Shown here piece by piece: positions 26,584-36,101 of a stretch of 38,963 nucleotides of DNA. The DNA lies in the IMG/VR virus record IMGVR_UViG_3300020044_006241, positions 1 to 38,963 of that record; one strand, written 5' to 3'. The notes below the pieces were generated by a model. It saw only the letters and a program-made list of their open reading frames with translations. It did not search any database and had not been told where the DNA came from. Origin of the DNA: a virus (lineage: Duplodnaviria; Caudoviricetes). The first letter of the stretch is position 1. Each line of letters begins with the position of its first letter. The position numbers were made by a program, and so were the translations under genes.

Positions 26584-29571
26584 TTACACGGTTATATAAA
26601 CGGTGCCCTGTCCCCAAACACCGTCCACAGCAACCACACTGCTAATTACGAATTCACAAGGTGTGGTAATAAGGCTAACCTCGCCAGAAGACGACATTGA
26701 CGGCACAGAACCGCTTCCAGTTACAGTTGCAGTTAGATACCAAACACCTAAGTGGCTTGGATCATCTTTAACCAAAGTCACATCAACTCTGCAGCTTGTG
26801 CTCAAGCCACCAGAAGGACAGTCAGGGAAATCAAAATAACCAAAACCAACAAACCTGCACATTCCGTTGACTGTTTCTTTCAGCAGGTTGAAAGGAGCGT
26901 TAATCTCACCGTAAGAACAGGCTCCTAAGCCTATGTAACTCGCAGCGTCTATAAGAATAGACGAAGGGTAACTGCTGTCACACGGATCTTCAGGCTCAGG
27001 CTCAGGAGCAGGACCGGGTGCGCCGCCTACGCCATTACCAAAGTTCACGCAGATGCTGAACGACCCAAGATCAAACACAACAATACCACTGTCACCGTCA
27101 AAAGATTGCCCCATAGCCGCGAGCGATCTGGTCGAGCTGTATAAGGTTTGCGTTGACCCAGCCTCACTTAGAAGTGGTGTGACAAAGCGAAACGATCCGT
27201 CACTCTGTTGAGTAAAATATAACCCAGCGAAGGATGCATTTCCTCCTACTGCTGCATTATAGGCCGCCGAAACATCCAGCACAAACAGGGTTGTGTTGAC
27301 TGGGCTCAGCGGTGATGAGCTTGAGTTCAGCGAAATCGGAAAGCATGATGCAGCCTGAGAGTTGCCAGATGGAACATTCCCATCAAGCGGGCCGCCAGTT
27401 GTCTGACTCGGATCGTTCACGATAACCATCGGAGGCTGAACACCCGCCACACCTGAAGGATCAGAACTGCCTGTTTGCGGCAATGCAAACAAACTACCAC
27501 CAGCGCCGCCGATCCATGTGTTCACGCTTGCTACGATGTCAGCTGTGGTCCTTGCTGAGCCGTCAGAGTTGACGTTGCTAAGAACAGAAGGAGGAACAAC
27601 AAGAACCAGACTGTTGTTACCTAATCCATCATCGCTAGGGTCAATGCTCCACGTGAACGAAGAGATTCCACCAGACGAGTCTGTTGATGTAATGACAATG
27701 GTCGAGATTACAGCGGAAGGAACCCAGTCAGCCGGGAGTGTGACGATAATCCAGCCATCATCCATGATCACAAACGACGTGATCGTGAAGTCGTTTATCA
27801 CTATGCTTGTCACGCCACTAAAGCCGACGCCGAACAAACTTACAGATGAGCCGGCGGGCGTGTTGGAAGCAAACGAGATTGCGGTGATCTCAAACGAATC
27901 AGCCCCAACAGCGGCCTGTTGTTCAATCGCGTTGTTCGCTGTTTCAGTGTTCGAGATTAACTTCACCGAGGCGAGCTTTGCAGAAAAGTTCCAGCGAACA
28001 TATAAGCCGCACTTCCAGCAGGTTCGGCTTGTATTCAGCAACGGAATTGTAACTGATCGCACCTTGTCTTGTTCACCATACAACACCGGCGGCGTATTGC
28101 TCAACGCATCACTACTCACATTCGTCACACGGCTGAACTTCTGCACACCACGTTTGCCGTCTTCCACTGGAAGCACAAACACACTTCCCGGTGAGAGAAC
28201 GTCGACAAACGTCATTTTAGCGAATACCGCCTTCTGGCGAATAGCACTGTCACCAGACGAGAACTCTGGTGTGTAGTAGCCAGCAATGTGTGATTCACCG
28301 TCCGGCGAGTAAAGCTCGAACAATGACGCGCGAGTGATGCACAGTAGCTTGCGGGTTATCGTTGTCCTCACCTCACAGAACATCAGAATTGGATAAACTC
28401 CAAGCTCCTCATGCAAATCAAGCGCCGACCACTGTTGAGTAATCGTATCAAACACCATGATCGCATTGCCGAACACCGTGCTCACGTAGAACAACGCGTA
28501 GTTATCGAACGAGACTGCGGCTGGAGCAAGTTGGACTTGTCCGTCGAGAAGCTTGTTGATTCGTGCCGAGAACGGAGAGTTCTTGCCGTCGACACGATAC
28601 TGTTTGACAGCGTTGAATGAGCGAATGCCGCTGTAATCAATCAACGCCATGTCACCGAGCACGTCACAGAGGCTAAACTGATTCGCCGCACCAGTTGAGA
28701 ACAAGAAGACGTTGTCGAATGAAGGCTCACCGTAGGGCGTCACATCAAAGTTAGGCCGCACCATGTAGGATGTGCGAGCGGTTGACACATAGAAACTACC
28801 GTCTGGCGAGTTGATCGAGACGAGAGCTGTGATTGGAGCGTAGTCAACCTTGTGGCTAATCTGCGCCGCACCACCGTCTGCCTCACTTGGGAGCTTGTTA
28901 GCGTTCGCGTCAACAATAACCATGAAATCCAGAGGACGTCCACTGACGCTACGATAGATTTGCGTCCCGTCGGCCGACACGATGTAAAGAATCCCACCAC
29001 TCAGCAACATCTGGCGACCAATCGGAACGTATTCACGATTAGTCGTTAGCCATTGGTTGTAGTTATGCGTGACACGCGCAGTGCCATCAGGAAAGATAAC
29101 CCAAGGTTGTGACACGCCGTCTTGCACAAGAAGACACTGTGGAGATGGAGCATCACCTGACGTGAAGTTAATTCCACCGTTGACGTTGTTCCCGCTCTGT
29201 AACGCTCGACGAGAGTTGACAGTGCTTGCAGGAACGGGACAAGCGAACAGTGTCTTGGCAGAAGTCGACATCAAGAACCCGACAACTTGATTATAGGAAC
29301 TCCCAATGACCGACTCGTCACGGTAGTAAGCGCGGCCAGATGCGAATAGAATCGAATACGAACCGGCCGCATACACACCTTGCATGTATGTGACACCAGT
29401 CGGAGTCCGGTCGATTGGTTTCGTGACTGGATCAACAGTTCCGTTTCGAGTGCGACCATTGACTAGCAGCGGATACTCATTCGCTCCGACACGTGAACCA
29501 TCAACCTGCTGGTTCATTCCGCCGCCGAACGAATCTTGTGCGAAGATAAGAGGATTACTCATTGTTCCCAC
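26584..29571 (-). CDS. Tail nozzle / tubular protein B-like with C-terminal IPT/TIG-like and Cys-rich extension
   Basis: SFGGGMNQ..LVNGRTRNG N-terminus typical of podovirus nozzles; beta-rich; PAGSSVSLFGVGFSGVTSIVIN..IIVTLP. Confidence 0.7.
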   Translation of the reverse strand: MGTMSNPLIFAQDSFGGGMNQQVDGSRVGANEYPLLVNGRTRNGTVDPVTKPIDRTPTGVTYMQGVYAAGSYSILFASGRAYYRDESVIGSSYNQVVGFLMSTSAKTLFACPVPASTVNSRRALQSGNNVNGGINFTSGDAPSPQCLLVQDGVSQPWVIFPDGTARVTHNYNQWLTTNREYVPIGRQMLLSGGILYIVSADGTQIYRSVSGRPLDFMVIVDANANKLPSEADGGAAQISHKVDYAPITALVSINSPDGSFYVSTARTSYMVRPNFDVTPYGEPSFDNVFLFSTGAANQFSLCDVLGDMALIDYSGIRSFNAVKQYRVDGKNSPFSARINKLLDGQVQLAPAAVSFDNYALFYVSTVFGNAIMVFDTITQQWSALDLHEELGVYPILMFCEVRTTITRKLLCITRASLFELYSPDGESHIAGYYTPEFSSGDSAIRQKAVFAKMTFVDVLSPGSVFVLPVEDGKRGVQKFSRVTNVSSDALSNTPPVLYGEQDKVRSVTIPLLNTSRTCWKCGLYVRWNFSAKLASVKLISNTETANNAIEQQAAVGADSFEITAISFASNTPAGSSVSLFGVGFSGVTSIVINDFTITSFVIMDDGWIIVTLPADWVPSAVISTIVITSTDSSGGISSFTWSIDPSDDGLGNNSLVLVVPPSVLSNVNSDGSARTTADIVASVNTWIGGAGGSLFALPQTGSSDPSGVAGVQPPMVIVNDPSQTTGGPLDGNVPSGNSQAASCFPISLNSSSSPLSPVNTTLFVLDVSAAYNAAVGGNASFAGLYFTQQSDGSFRFVTPLLSEAGSTQTLYSSTRSLAAMGQSFDGDSGIVVFDLGSFSICVNFGNGVGGAPGPAPEPEPEDPCDSSYPSSILIDAASYIGLGACSYGEINAPFNLLKETVNGMCRFVGFGYFDFPDCPSGGLSTSCRVDVTLVKDDPSHLGVWYLTATVTGSGSVPSMSSSGEVSLITTPCEFVISSVVAVDGVWGQGTVYITV

Positions 29572-30557
29572 TGGTTAGTGTTAGTCGGACGGATTCCATT
29601 GCGGGCTGCATTGCTAGCCGCCTGAAACGAGGCAATAACCGGATTCTCACCGAACGCAAACTTCATCTCGATCTTGGATGCAGAATTCGCTAGGATGTTG
29701 CTCAAGAGCGCTTGCGACTTAGCGGCGGCCATCAGGGCTCGGTCTTCTTTACCCTCTTGTTTCGCTGCGATGAACTCAAGAGTCTTCCAGTAGATCGCCT
29801 TGTCGTAAAGCTCACCAGCCGTGAACACATCAGTATCGTTCACCATCGGCTCGAACACATGCTTGTAGCATAGCTCGATCAGCTGCGACTCTGTGAGGTT
29901 GTCGTTCCTGTCTAACACCTGAACAAGCACGAACTTTGCCTTGGTCAAGTGTGATGGAATGTCTGACACTTCAGTTCCATCCAGTGTCGTGACGACAAGA
30001 TCGTATGTTGTAGCCGCAGACTTAACGATACTCGTGACATTCGAGAAGAAGTTAACCGTTGACTTCGTAGCTTCGCCAGCAGCAAAACGAACACGCTCAG
30101 TGATTCGAGCGGCCAACGATGAAGACCCAACAATGAACACGTCGAATGCAGTCGTAGCTACAGCCGGAAGCGTGATCGTCAGCGTTCCTTCATCGAGTAT
30201 GTTGCGTTTCAACGCCGATTCACCTTTGCGCCGCCACTGACGCATTGGGGTTAATTGCGATTGACGAGTCCAACTATCCCGCAGGTAACGCGGCCTCATG
30301 TCAACCTGCTGAATCGGATCGAGAGAGTCGTAATCACGCAAGCCGATGATGTCTCCGACATACCACGGAAGCGCAATCTGCTGCTCGTCAACATCGAGCA
30401 CGAAAATCTGCTCACGCTCTGACCCTGTGAGATCAGCAGTGTTGTAGATTTCACGCGCGGCGTGGTTAATCTGCGAGACAATCCAAGCTCTGTCACGTGA
30501 GCTTGCACTGTCGGAACCGATGTCTTCGGTTACTTCTGTGAGAATGTCGTAGAGCAT
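29559..30557 (-). CDS. Tail adaptor / tubular protein A-like
   Basis: Start MLYDILTEV at 30557; IN.AAREIY helix; upstream of nozzle. Confidence 0.6.
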   Translation of the reverse strand: MLYDILTEVTEDIGSDSASSRDRAWIVSQINHAAREIYNTADLTGSEREQIFVLDVDEQQIALPWYVGDIIGLRDYDSLDPIQQVDMRPRYLRDSWTRQSQLTPMRQWRRKGESALKRNILDEGTLTITLPAVATTAFDVFIVGSSSLAARITERVRFAAGEATKSTVNFFSNVTSIVKSAATTYDLVVTTLDGTEVSDIPSHLTKAKFVLVQVLDRNDNLTESQLIELCYKHVFEPMVNDTDVFTAGELYDKAIYWKTLEFIAAKQEGKEDRALMAAAKSQALLSNILANSASKIEMKFAFGENPVIASFQAASNAARNGIRPTNTNQWEQ

Positions 30558-30561
30558 AAGA

Positions 30562-31686
30562 TTAACGAGCGACGTAAGCCTTAAATTTCCAGTTAGCATG
30601 AGTCAAAGCCACCTTGGCTCCAGAAGTTTTATGGATTACATACAAGAATCCAACATCATTGAATGTATCATTCCAACCAACAATAACATTTGTAGCATCA
30701 TATGCATATGAGAAAGGCCGAAGTGCAGCACTATTAAAAACGCTATTCAAATCTACCTCATCATCAGCCTCGAAACCTGTTGTGGCAGAGTCATCTATCG
30801 TGCAAACGATAACAACACGAACCAGTTTTGGACGTGCAGCTAAAGTATGAGCCAGCTTACGAACATTATCTCCACTGCTAGGAACTGTAGACCCATCAAC
30901 AACATACGTAGCATTAGTGTAAGGAGGAAGCGCCCACTCCAAAGCGGTGCCGGCAGCGTTGACTCGAAGTGTTGTTAGAGCAGACGTTCCGCTTAGACTG
31001 AGGTTAGACAGTATAATCCCCCCAGTCGCAATGTTCGTGCTCGTAATCGTCCCGTTTGCAACATTCGACCCCGCAAGCGCAAACCCATTCGTCAACATGT
31101 AAGTCCCAATCGAATTCGCCGCAATCTTATCGCCAGTAATCGCCGCCGCAGCAATGTTCGCGCTCCCGACTTGCAGATTGCCGATGTTCGCGCTCGTGAT
31201 CGTTCCGACTGCGATGTTCGTACTGGTGATTGTTCCAGTCCCAATCTTCGTTCCAGTGATCGTCGCGTCTTGAATCTTCGCGTCAGTCACCGCGTTGTCT
31301 GCAATCTTTATCGTCGTGACAGCATTCGTTGCGATCTTGTCGGTTGTCACGCTGTAGTCAGCAATGACAGCAGTCGCAACGATGTTGGTCCAATAACCGT
31401 TGGTGTTCCAGACCTTTGGTGTTGGCAACGCTGTGCTCGTGTCAAGCCACAGGTATCGTTGATACTTGGTGATGACGGATGCGCTTGGATAGCCACTCGT
31501 GTAAATAATCATACCACGATAAGGCCCGACGTAGGCGTTATCGACAAGCTGATTAAGCTGTGACGGTGTGAAACTAGACGCTCCAGTGAAATCCACACCT
31601 TTCACAAGGTCAGGATCGGCGGCGTGGAGTGAACCACAGGCCGCCAAGTAGAGGCTAATAAACGAGTTGAGCAGTGTCTTTTTCAT
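30562..31686 (-). CDS. Tail fibre-like protein with ~10-aa IT..KIA repeats and N-terminal signal-peptide-like sequence
   Basis: MKKTLLNSFISLYLAACGSLHA|ADP; repeats VTTDKIATNA, VTTIKIADNA, VTDAKIQDAT, ITSTNIAVGT. Confidence 0.7.
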   Translation of the reverse strand: MKKTLLNSFISLYLAACGSLHAADPDLVKGVDFTGASSFTPSQLNQLVDNAYVGPYRGMIIYTSGYPSASVITKYQRYLWLDTSTALPTPKVWNTNGYWTNIVATAVIADYSVTTDKIATNAVTTIKIADNAVTDAKIQDATITGTKIGTGTITSTNIAVGTITSANIGNLQVGSANIAAAAITGDKIAANSIGTYMLTNGFALAGSNVANGTITSTNIATGGIILSNLSLSGTSALTTLRVNAAGTALEWALPPYTNATYVVDGSTVPSSGDNVRKLAHTLAARPKLVRVVIVCTIDDSATTGFEADDEVDLNSVFNSAALRPFSYAYDATNVIVGWNDTFNDVGFLYVIHKTSGAKVALTHANWKFKAYVAR

Positions 31687-32897
31687 AGAGGGGCATTGTC
31701 TAACCAAGCTGAACCGTCGTTGAAGGCGATAGGGAAAGGAATTTCACCGAAATGATACCAACGAAGGTAGCTTTGAACGGCAAGATCAAAGGCTGATCCT
31801 TGAGACTCAAACCTGTCCTTAAAGATCAAAACTTCTGCAATATCCAACCGACCATCATTAAGTCCAGTCTTTTCGGTGGCGAGCGCAAAGTCGAGAGACC
31901 CTGTCACAGGAGTAATTGTTGCATCACTAGAGCTACCGCCCCCAAGTTGATCAATCCTACCGTTCATAAACGTAGAAGGACTGGCAAGTCGTCCAACTGA
32001 GAAAATGTGTGGTAGGCTGTCTGGAATTGTCTGGTCAAAATAACCTGAGTTTTGTCCACATCGTAGTTGATCAGTGTTCCCAACAGCCATATCCAAAAAG
32101 TTTGTCATGCGAAGCAGCGTGCGCTGTAAAGCTCCACCTAGCGTAACAGCACCAACAACATAGAGCATCATACTATCCCAAGTCGAGTTAGGGAAAGTCG
32201 TATAAAAGTTACGGGCAGAACCATCAGTAAACTTCCATCGTCCACGCAGCCATGTAGAGTCTGGAGACTCTAAATATGGAGCCGTTGGAGTTCCAATAGA
32301 ACCAGCGGTCGAAAATTGAACTCCAGCTATCGAATCAGTCCAAGGAATCGTGGTGTTTGCACCGTCACAAGTCCATCTGTGTGAAGGCGTAGCAGGAAGC
32401 GCCACAGTAACAGTGTTAGTAAAGCTCGTGAACTCAGCCCCAACCGCAAGCGCATAATCCGCAATCGAACGGAAGTCTGTCGGCGCAGTGCGAACGCTCG
32501 TAATCATCCGAATCGTGCTTCCTTGCACACTCGCAGTTCCCGGGAAGCTCCACACTTCGAGGACGAAGTTGGCCCGCACTCGTTGTTTGTTATACAACGT
32601 GACAACATCCGTCAAGTTGAACAGAGGGTCCTCCCACAACTTGTAGCGATACACCACATCACCAACACGCCATTTGATGCACAAGCCGTAGGTCACACCT
32701 GTCGGCTTAACTGGACGTGTCGCGAGGAAGAAGTCCCTCGACGCCGAGAAGTTGAACTGAGCAACGATAACGCTCGCATCACCGGCAGTTCCTGCCGAAG
32801 AATACGAGAACGCAGGCAGATCAATATAAGCCCTAGCGTTGCGAACAACACCAGCAGGCCTAAACGTCAGCCAATCCGTTAGATTCATGTCGCTCAT
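31683..32897 (-). CDS. Virion protein with probable lectin/ConA-like C-terminal domain
   Basis: PSHRW..D, W.DSI, DIAEVLIF..V..YL pattern; tail region. Confidence 0.55.
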   Translation of the reverse strand: MSDMNLTDWLTFRPAGVVRNARAYIDLPAFSYSSAGTAGDASVIVAQFNFSASRDFFLATRPVKPTGVTYGLCIKWRVGDVVYRYKLWEDPLFNLTDVVTLYNKQRVRANFVLEVWSFPGTASVQGSTIRMITSVRTAPTDFRSIADYALAVGAEFTSFTNTVTVALPATPSHRWTCDGANTTIPWTDSIAGVQFSTAGSIGTPTAPYLESPDSTWLRGRWKFTDGSARNFYTTFPNSTWDSMMLYVVGAVTLGGALQRTLLRMTNFLDMAVGNTDQLRCGQNSGYFDQTIPDSLPHIFSVGRLASPSTFMNGRIDQLGGGSSSDATITPVTGSLDFALATEKTGLNDGRLDIAEVLIFKDRFESQGSAFDLAVQSYLRWYHFGEIPFPIAFNDGSAWLDNAPL

Positions 32898-32955
32898 ACA
32901 GAGTAGTGTCTAGCGTGCAACAGGGACTTCTGGCACAACAAGCGTATTTGTAGTT

Positions 32956-33417
32956 TTACAAGAACACATCATGCAACACACAATCAGCATCAGCAAGCAA
33001 ACACCAGCGTTCGTTTTGAGGTTCCCAAACATATAGTTCAATGGTTTGTTGATCTTTTGTTACTGCGATTAAAACTGTATCATGGCCACCATCCGACACT
33101 GCGTTGACTGGCTTACTGCCAATTGACATCCGCACTTCGAATGCTCCAGCGGTAACATCAGCGTTTCGATCACGTTTACGATTACTCCGCAGAAACTTCG
33201 CAATAGCCTCCATTGTGAACTCTTCGCACATTCCGCTGCCCGGCTCATACACGAAATCATTCGCAAATTTCCACTTCCTCCAGAATTCATTCCAATCATC
33301 TTCAATGAAATCCTTGGAGAAGACAAAGACATCATTCGATCTGACCATGAACGGAAAGCGCGGAAACTGATCCGCGTCAAAGATCAGGTTTTTGATTACA
33401 TCAAGTGTCGTTATCAT
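32956..33417 (-). CDS. Putative papain/transglutaminase-fold Cys peptidase (endolysin candidate)
   Basis: CEEF, GGHDTVL, YVWEPQN resemble the C(D/E)(D/E)F / H / EPQ pattern; last gene of lysis cassette. Confidence 0.55.
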   Translation of the reverse strand: MITTLDVIKNLIFDADQFPRFPFMVRSNDVFVFSKDFIEDDWNEFWRKWKFANDFVYEPGSGMCEEFTMEAIAKFLRSNRKRDRNADVTAGAFEVRMSIGSKPVNAVSDGGHDTVLIAVTKDQQTIELYVWEPQNERWCLLADADCVLHDVFL

Positions 33418-33629
33418 TTCGTATCTTGTTTCAGCAATTCCATGTTCAGAGCTTCGCCAATCTGGAGCATTCTTGCATCAGGCACAAAATATCCATCACG
33501 TTCCGCTTTTATTTTCGTCCCTTTTTTGACTCGTAGAATTTGTTTGTCCGAGTCTAGCACCCTGTATCTCTGACAACCGCTTGTCAAAGTAATCATTGAT
33601 GCTACGAGAATTACCAGAACCAATCGCAT
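33414..33629 (-). CDS. Outer-membrane lipoprotein (o-spanin-like)
   Basis: MRLVLVILVASMITLTSG|C lipobox; overlaps the upstream gene in another frame. Confidence 0.65.
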   Translation of the reverse strand: MRLVLVILVASMITLTSGCQRYRVLDSDKQILRVKKGTKIKAERDGYFVPDARMLQIGEALNMELLKQDTK

Positions 33630-33762
33630 TGTGAAGTTCTGCTTCATACTTGCTCATCAACTCTTGCTTTGTATCAACATGACTGACACGTCGTTTCCAA
33701 TACCAGAGCACAAACCCCAGTATTGGAACGACGATGCCAGACAATATGAGAGTAGTCGTCAC
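33496..33762 (-). CDS. Inner-membrane protein (i-spanin-like)
   Basis: Single N-terminal TM followed by a helical region; overlaps the lipoprotein gene. Confidence 0.55.
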   Translation of the reverse strand: MTTTLILSGIVVPILGFVLWYWKRRVSHVDTKQELMSKYEAELHNAIGSGNSRSINDYFDKRLSEIQGARLGQTNSTSQKRDENKSGT

Positions 33763-33966
33763 TTACTTGTTATTCACGTCTTCGGATGACTTATCATTAT
33801 CACGGGCGAAAATCAATCCGAAGCCGGCGGTAACAGCCGCGATAGTTCCAGCCCAGTCAGGATTCGTCATGGTGTTGCCGTCCAGCAATAGTTGCGCGGC
33901 GCTTGCGACTGCGGCAATGATTGCTGCAATACCACTTCCAGTTGTTTTCCACGATGTGTTTTTCAT
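33763..33966 (-). CDS. Holin-like protein (2 TM)
   Basis: MKNTSWKTT.SGI..II; GFGLIFARD pattern. Confidence 0.7.
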   Translation of the reverse strand: MKNTSWKTTGSGIAAIIAAVASAAQLLLDGNTMTNPDWAGTIAAVTAGFGLIFARDNDKSSEDVNNK

Positions 33967-33976
33967 GTGTTTTATT

Positions 33977-34222
33977 TTACTGACCACCAAACAATTTACT
34001 CAATCCTGCAAAGATACTACCAGATCCAATACCCGCGCCAGCAGCAATTCCAATTAACTTTTTCTTATCGCCTTCTAAGGATGACACACGATTTTCAATA
34101 ACTGTATCACGAGCATCTTTAGCATTGCGATATCTTTGAGTATCTTCAATATGGCATTTCAACAGCGTATGTATTTCTGTGATTACAGAATCTGTTGAAT
34201 GTTTGTCGTATTGGTCTGGCAT
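33977..34222 (-). CDS. Small membrane protein (coiled coil + C-terminal TM; holin/antiholin-like)
   Basis: RVSSLE..KKKLIGIAAGAGIG. Confidence 0.6.
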   Translation of the reverse strand: MPDQYDKHSTDSVITEIHTLLKCHIEDTQRYRNAKDARDTVIENRVSSLEGDKKKLIGIAAGAGIGSGSIFAGLSKLFGGQ

Positions 34223-34287
34223 AGATTAGTATATCAGGTAGACTGAAATCGAGCATTAGGGCAGCTCTAGGAGTAGGGCGAAGCGGG

Positions 34288-34704
34288 TCACTTGAGCGCG
34301 TCCAATTCCTTTTGCTTCGCGGCAAGCTCCGCCGCAAGTGTCGCCCGCTTGCGGTCGAGGTCTGGCAACTCCGCTTCCGTGATGACGCTGAAAACAATCG
34401 CCCGCGATGCTTCCGGCAACTCGGCGAGTTTGGCTTTGGCCTTGGCGATCAACGCGGCCCGCGTCGCAAGGGCGGCGTCCAACTTCGACTGCACGGCGGC
34501 GAGCGCGGCGGCTTGTTCAGCCTCGCGCTTCTCAAGTGCCAGTTGAATCGCGCTGGCTAGTTCGGGCCGGTTTCGGATGGTGTCGGCTGGCTTCCCGACC
34601 GGTTGGCCGTTCACGGTGACAGACGTTGCAGAGACGACCACGACGACATCGCTGGCGTGGAGCGTGGAGGCGCAGAGCGCGACGGCAAGGAGGATGGTTT
34701 TCAT
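34288..34704 (-). CDS. Signal-peptide-bearing coiled-coil protein
   Basis: MKTILLAVALCASTLHA|SD; Ala/Leu heptads. Confidence 0.7.
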   Translation of the reverse strand: MKTILLAVALCASTLHASDVVVVVSATSVTVNGQPVGKPADTIRNRPELASAIQLALEKREAEQAAALAAVQSKLDAALATRAALIAKAKAKLAELPEASRAIVFSVITEAELPDLDRKRATLAAELAAKQKELDALK

Positions 34705-34709
34705 GGTTT

Positions 34710-35564
34710 TTAATGACTGATGACCGTTACACGGTAAGTGTCCGAGGCTGGATCAATGGCAACAGAGCCAGCATTGTTGCAGCGCACTGTCACGGTGTTT
34801 GACGCTGACACCCATGCGTTGAAAACCGCACCAGACAAAACAGTTGCCGGAAGACCTAACGTAACAGCGTCGTTCACTGCCGCGCCCGTGACTGTAATAG
34901 TCAAATCTTCGGAGGCAGTCGCAACAATGTTTCCGAAGTTCAGCGTTGCCGTCGCGGTAAGAAAGTTTTTAACTACTGACCCGGAACCAATTTTTATCCC
35001 GCCGGACGTGACTTGGAATAGATTGGCGTCACCGGCGGATGAGTCCTGAAACTGAAATCCGTCTGAACCTCCAAACCTAATTTTGGAGCGGGTGCCATCC
35101 CACGGCACCATCGTCAAGTTGGCATTAAATTGCAGCCCGTAGCCAGACGCCACCCCGATGGAGCTTCCAACCGACCCGATGCCAGCAGGGAAATAGTGGG
35201 CCACTTTACTTGTAATTGGCCCAAGGTTATCCAGCCCGAACGTGAACAGGTCCGCAGCGGTCCCGGAGTCTGAAATTTGCTGCAAAACAGCATAGCCAGC
35301 CTCCATCTTGATTCGGAATATGCGCCGGTTCGCAGTTCCATCCGTGTCGCTCATGGTGAACACGGGGTTGGTGCTTTGTATGAGCAGGTTGGTGGCCGTG
35401 AGCGTGTTAAAAGTATTCGTAGCCGCCGTGAAAACATTGGTCCCGTTCAGGAGGGCCACGTTCGTGCTTCCACCGGGAATCACTGTTCCGCCACCACCTG
35501 ACGGACCGACAGCGGCAAAGCCCAACGTCGAACAAACGAAAAGTAATGCAAGTGAAAGCTTCAT
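34710..35564 (-). CDS. Fibre/spike-like protein with N-terminal signal-peptide-like sequence
   Basis: Start MKLSLALLFVCSTLGFA at 35564 (GGAGG upstream); C-terminal TATLNFG.I..TITVTGAAVND.V..WVSASNTVTVR..DPAS domain common at fibre ends. Confidence 0.7.
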   Translation of the reverse strand: MKLSLALLFVCSTLGFAAVGPSGGGGTVIPGGSTNVALLNGTNVFTAATNTFNTLTATNLLIQSTNPVFTMSDTDGTANRRIFRIKMEAGYAVLQQISDSGTAADLFTFGLDNLGPITSKVAHYFPAGIGSVGSSIGVASGYGLQFNANLTMVPWDGTRSKIRFGGSDGFQFQDSSAGDANLFQVTSGGIKIGSGSVVKNFLTATATLNFGNIVATASEDLTITVTGAAVNDAVTLGLPATVLSGAVFNAWVSASNTVTVRCNNAGSVAIDPASDTYRVTVISH

Positions 35565-35568
35565 AGAA

Positions 35569-36003
35569 TTAGACTCCTCCGGAAACATTAGCCATGACAA
35601 GAGACAGCTTAATGTCCGCTGCACCGAGAGTAAGCGTGGTTTCTGTGGTAGAAACGACATACACAAACTTCGTGATAAATCCCATTCCTCTGGGACCGGG
35701 AACATCCAACCAAAAATTACCGTTAGCAGGAAGAGCGAGGATCATAACTGCGGTGGCAACTCCATTAGCAGGAACATCGGACAAATCGAAAAGATGAAGC
35801 CATTGTGCCGCTCCTTTGTTATAGCCAAACAAAGACTTGAGATATATCACAGCTTCTGTGGAAGGAATTGAAATAGTTCCAGAAGCACTCCAAAGCGTAG
35901 AGGTGACTGACTGCGGAATCAGAACTGGTGTCGGCTGATTCGCCACAAACACGCTACGAATGTCCTGCGGATTGGAAAACTGTGGGAGTAGAAGCTCTGA
36001 CAT
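35569..36003 (-). CDS. Putative head decoration / structural protein
   Basis: Beta-rich; WLHLFD...VPANG pattern; two genes after capsid. Confidence 0.55.
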   Translation of the reverse strand: MSELLLPQFSNPQDIRSVFVANQPTPVLIPQSVTSTLWSASGTISIPSTEAVIYLKSLFGYNKGAAQWLHLFDLSDVPANGVATAVMILALPANGNFWLDVPGPRGMGFITKFVYVVSTTETTLTLGAADIKLSLVMANVSGGV

Positions 36004-36101
36004 AAAGGGGAAGCGAGGTTTTGTTGACTTGAGGTTAACCTCTTCCTCAAGGTTTTGTGATCAATGCTGGACGCTTTTCACACAAAACAAATTGTTGCGG
36101 T

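Noticed and set aside
31020-31380. ~30-bp periodic repeats as a CRISPR array or DGR target
   Set aside because: Degenerate coding repeats of a fibre (IT..KIA); no spacers and no reverse transcriptase in the window.
32930-32943. Intergenic TGGCACAACAAGCG
   Set aside because: GG-N8-GC spacing is wrong and it is antisense to the local genes.
34526-34541. - strand TGGCACTTGAGAAGCG upstream of the lysis cassette
   Set aside because: Intragenic with a poor -12 element (AAGC); not counted as a sigma54 promoter, though not excluded.
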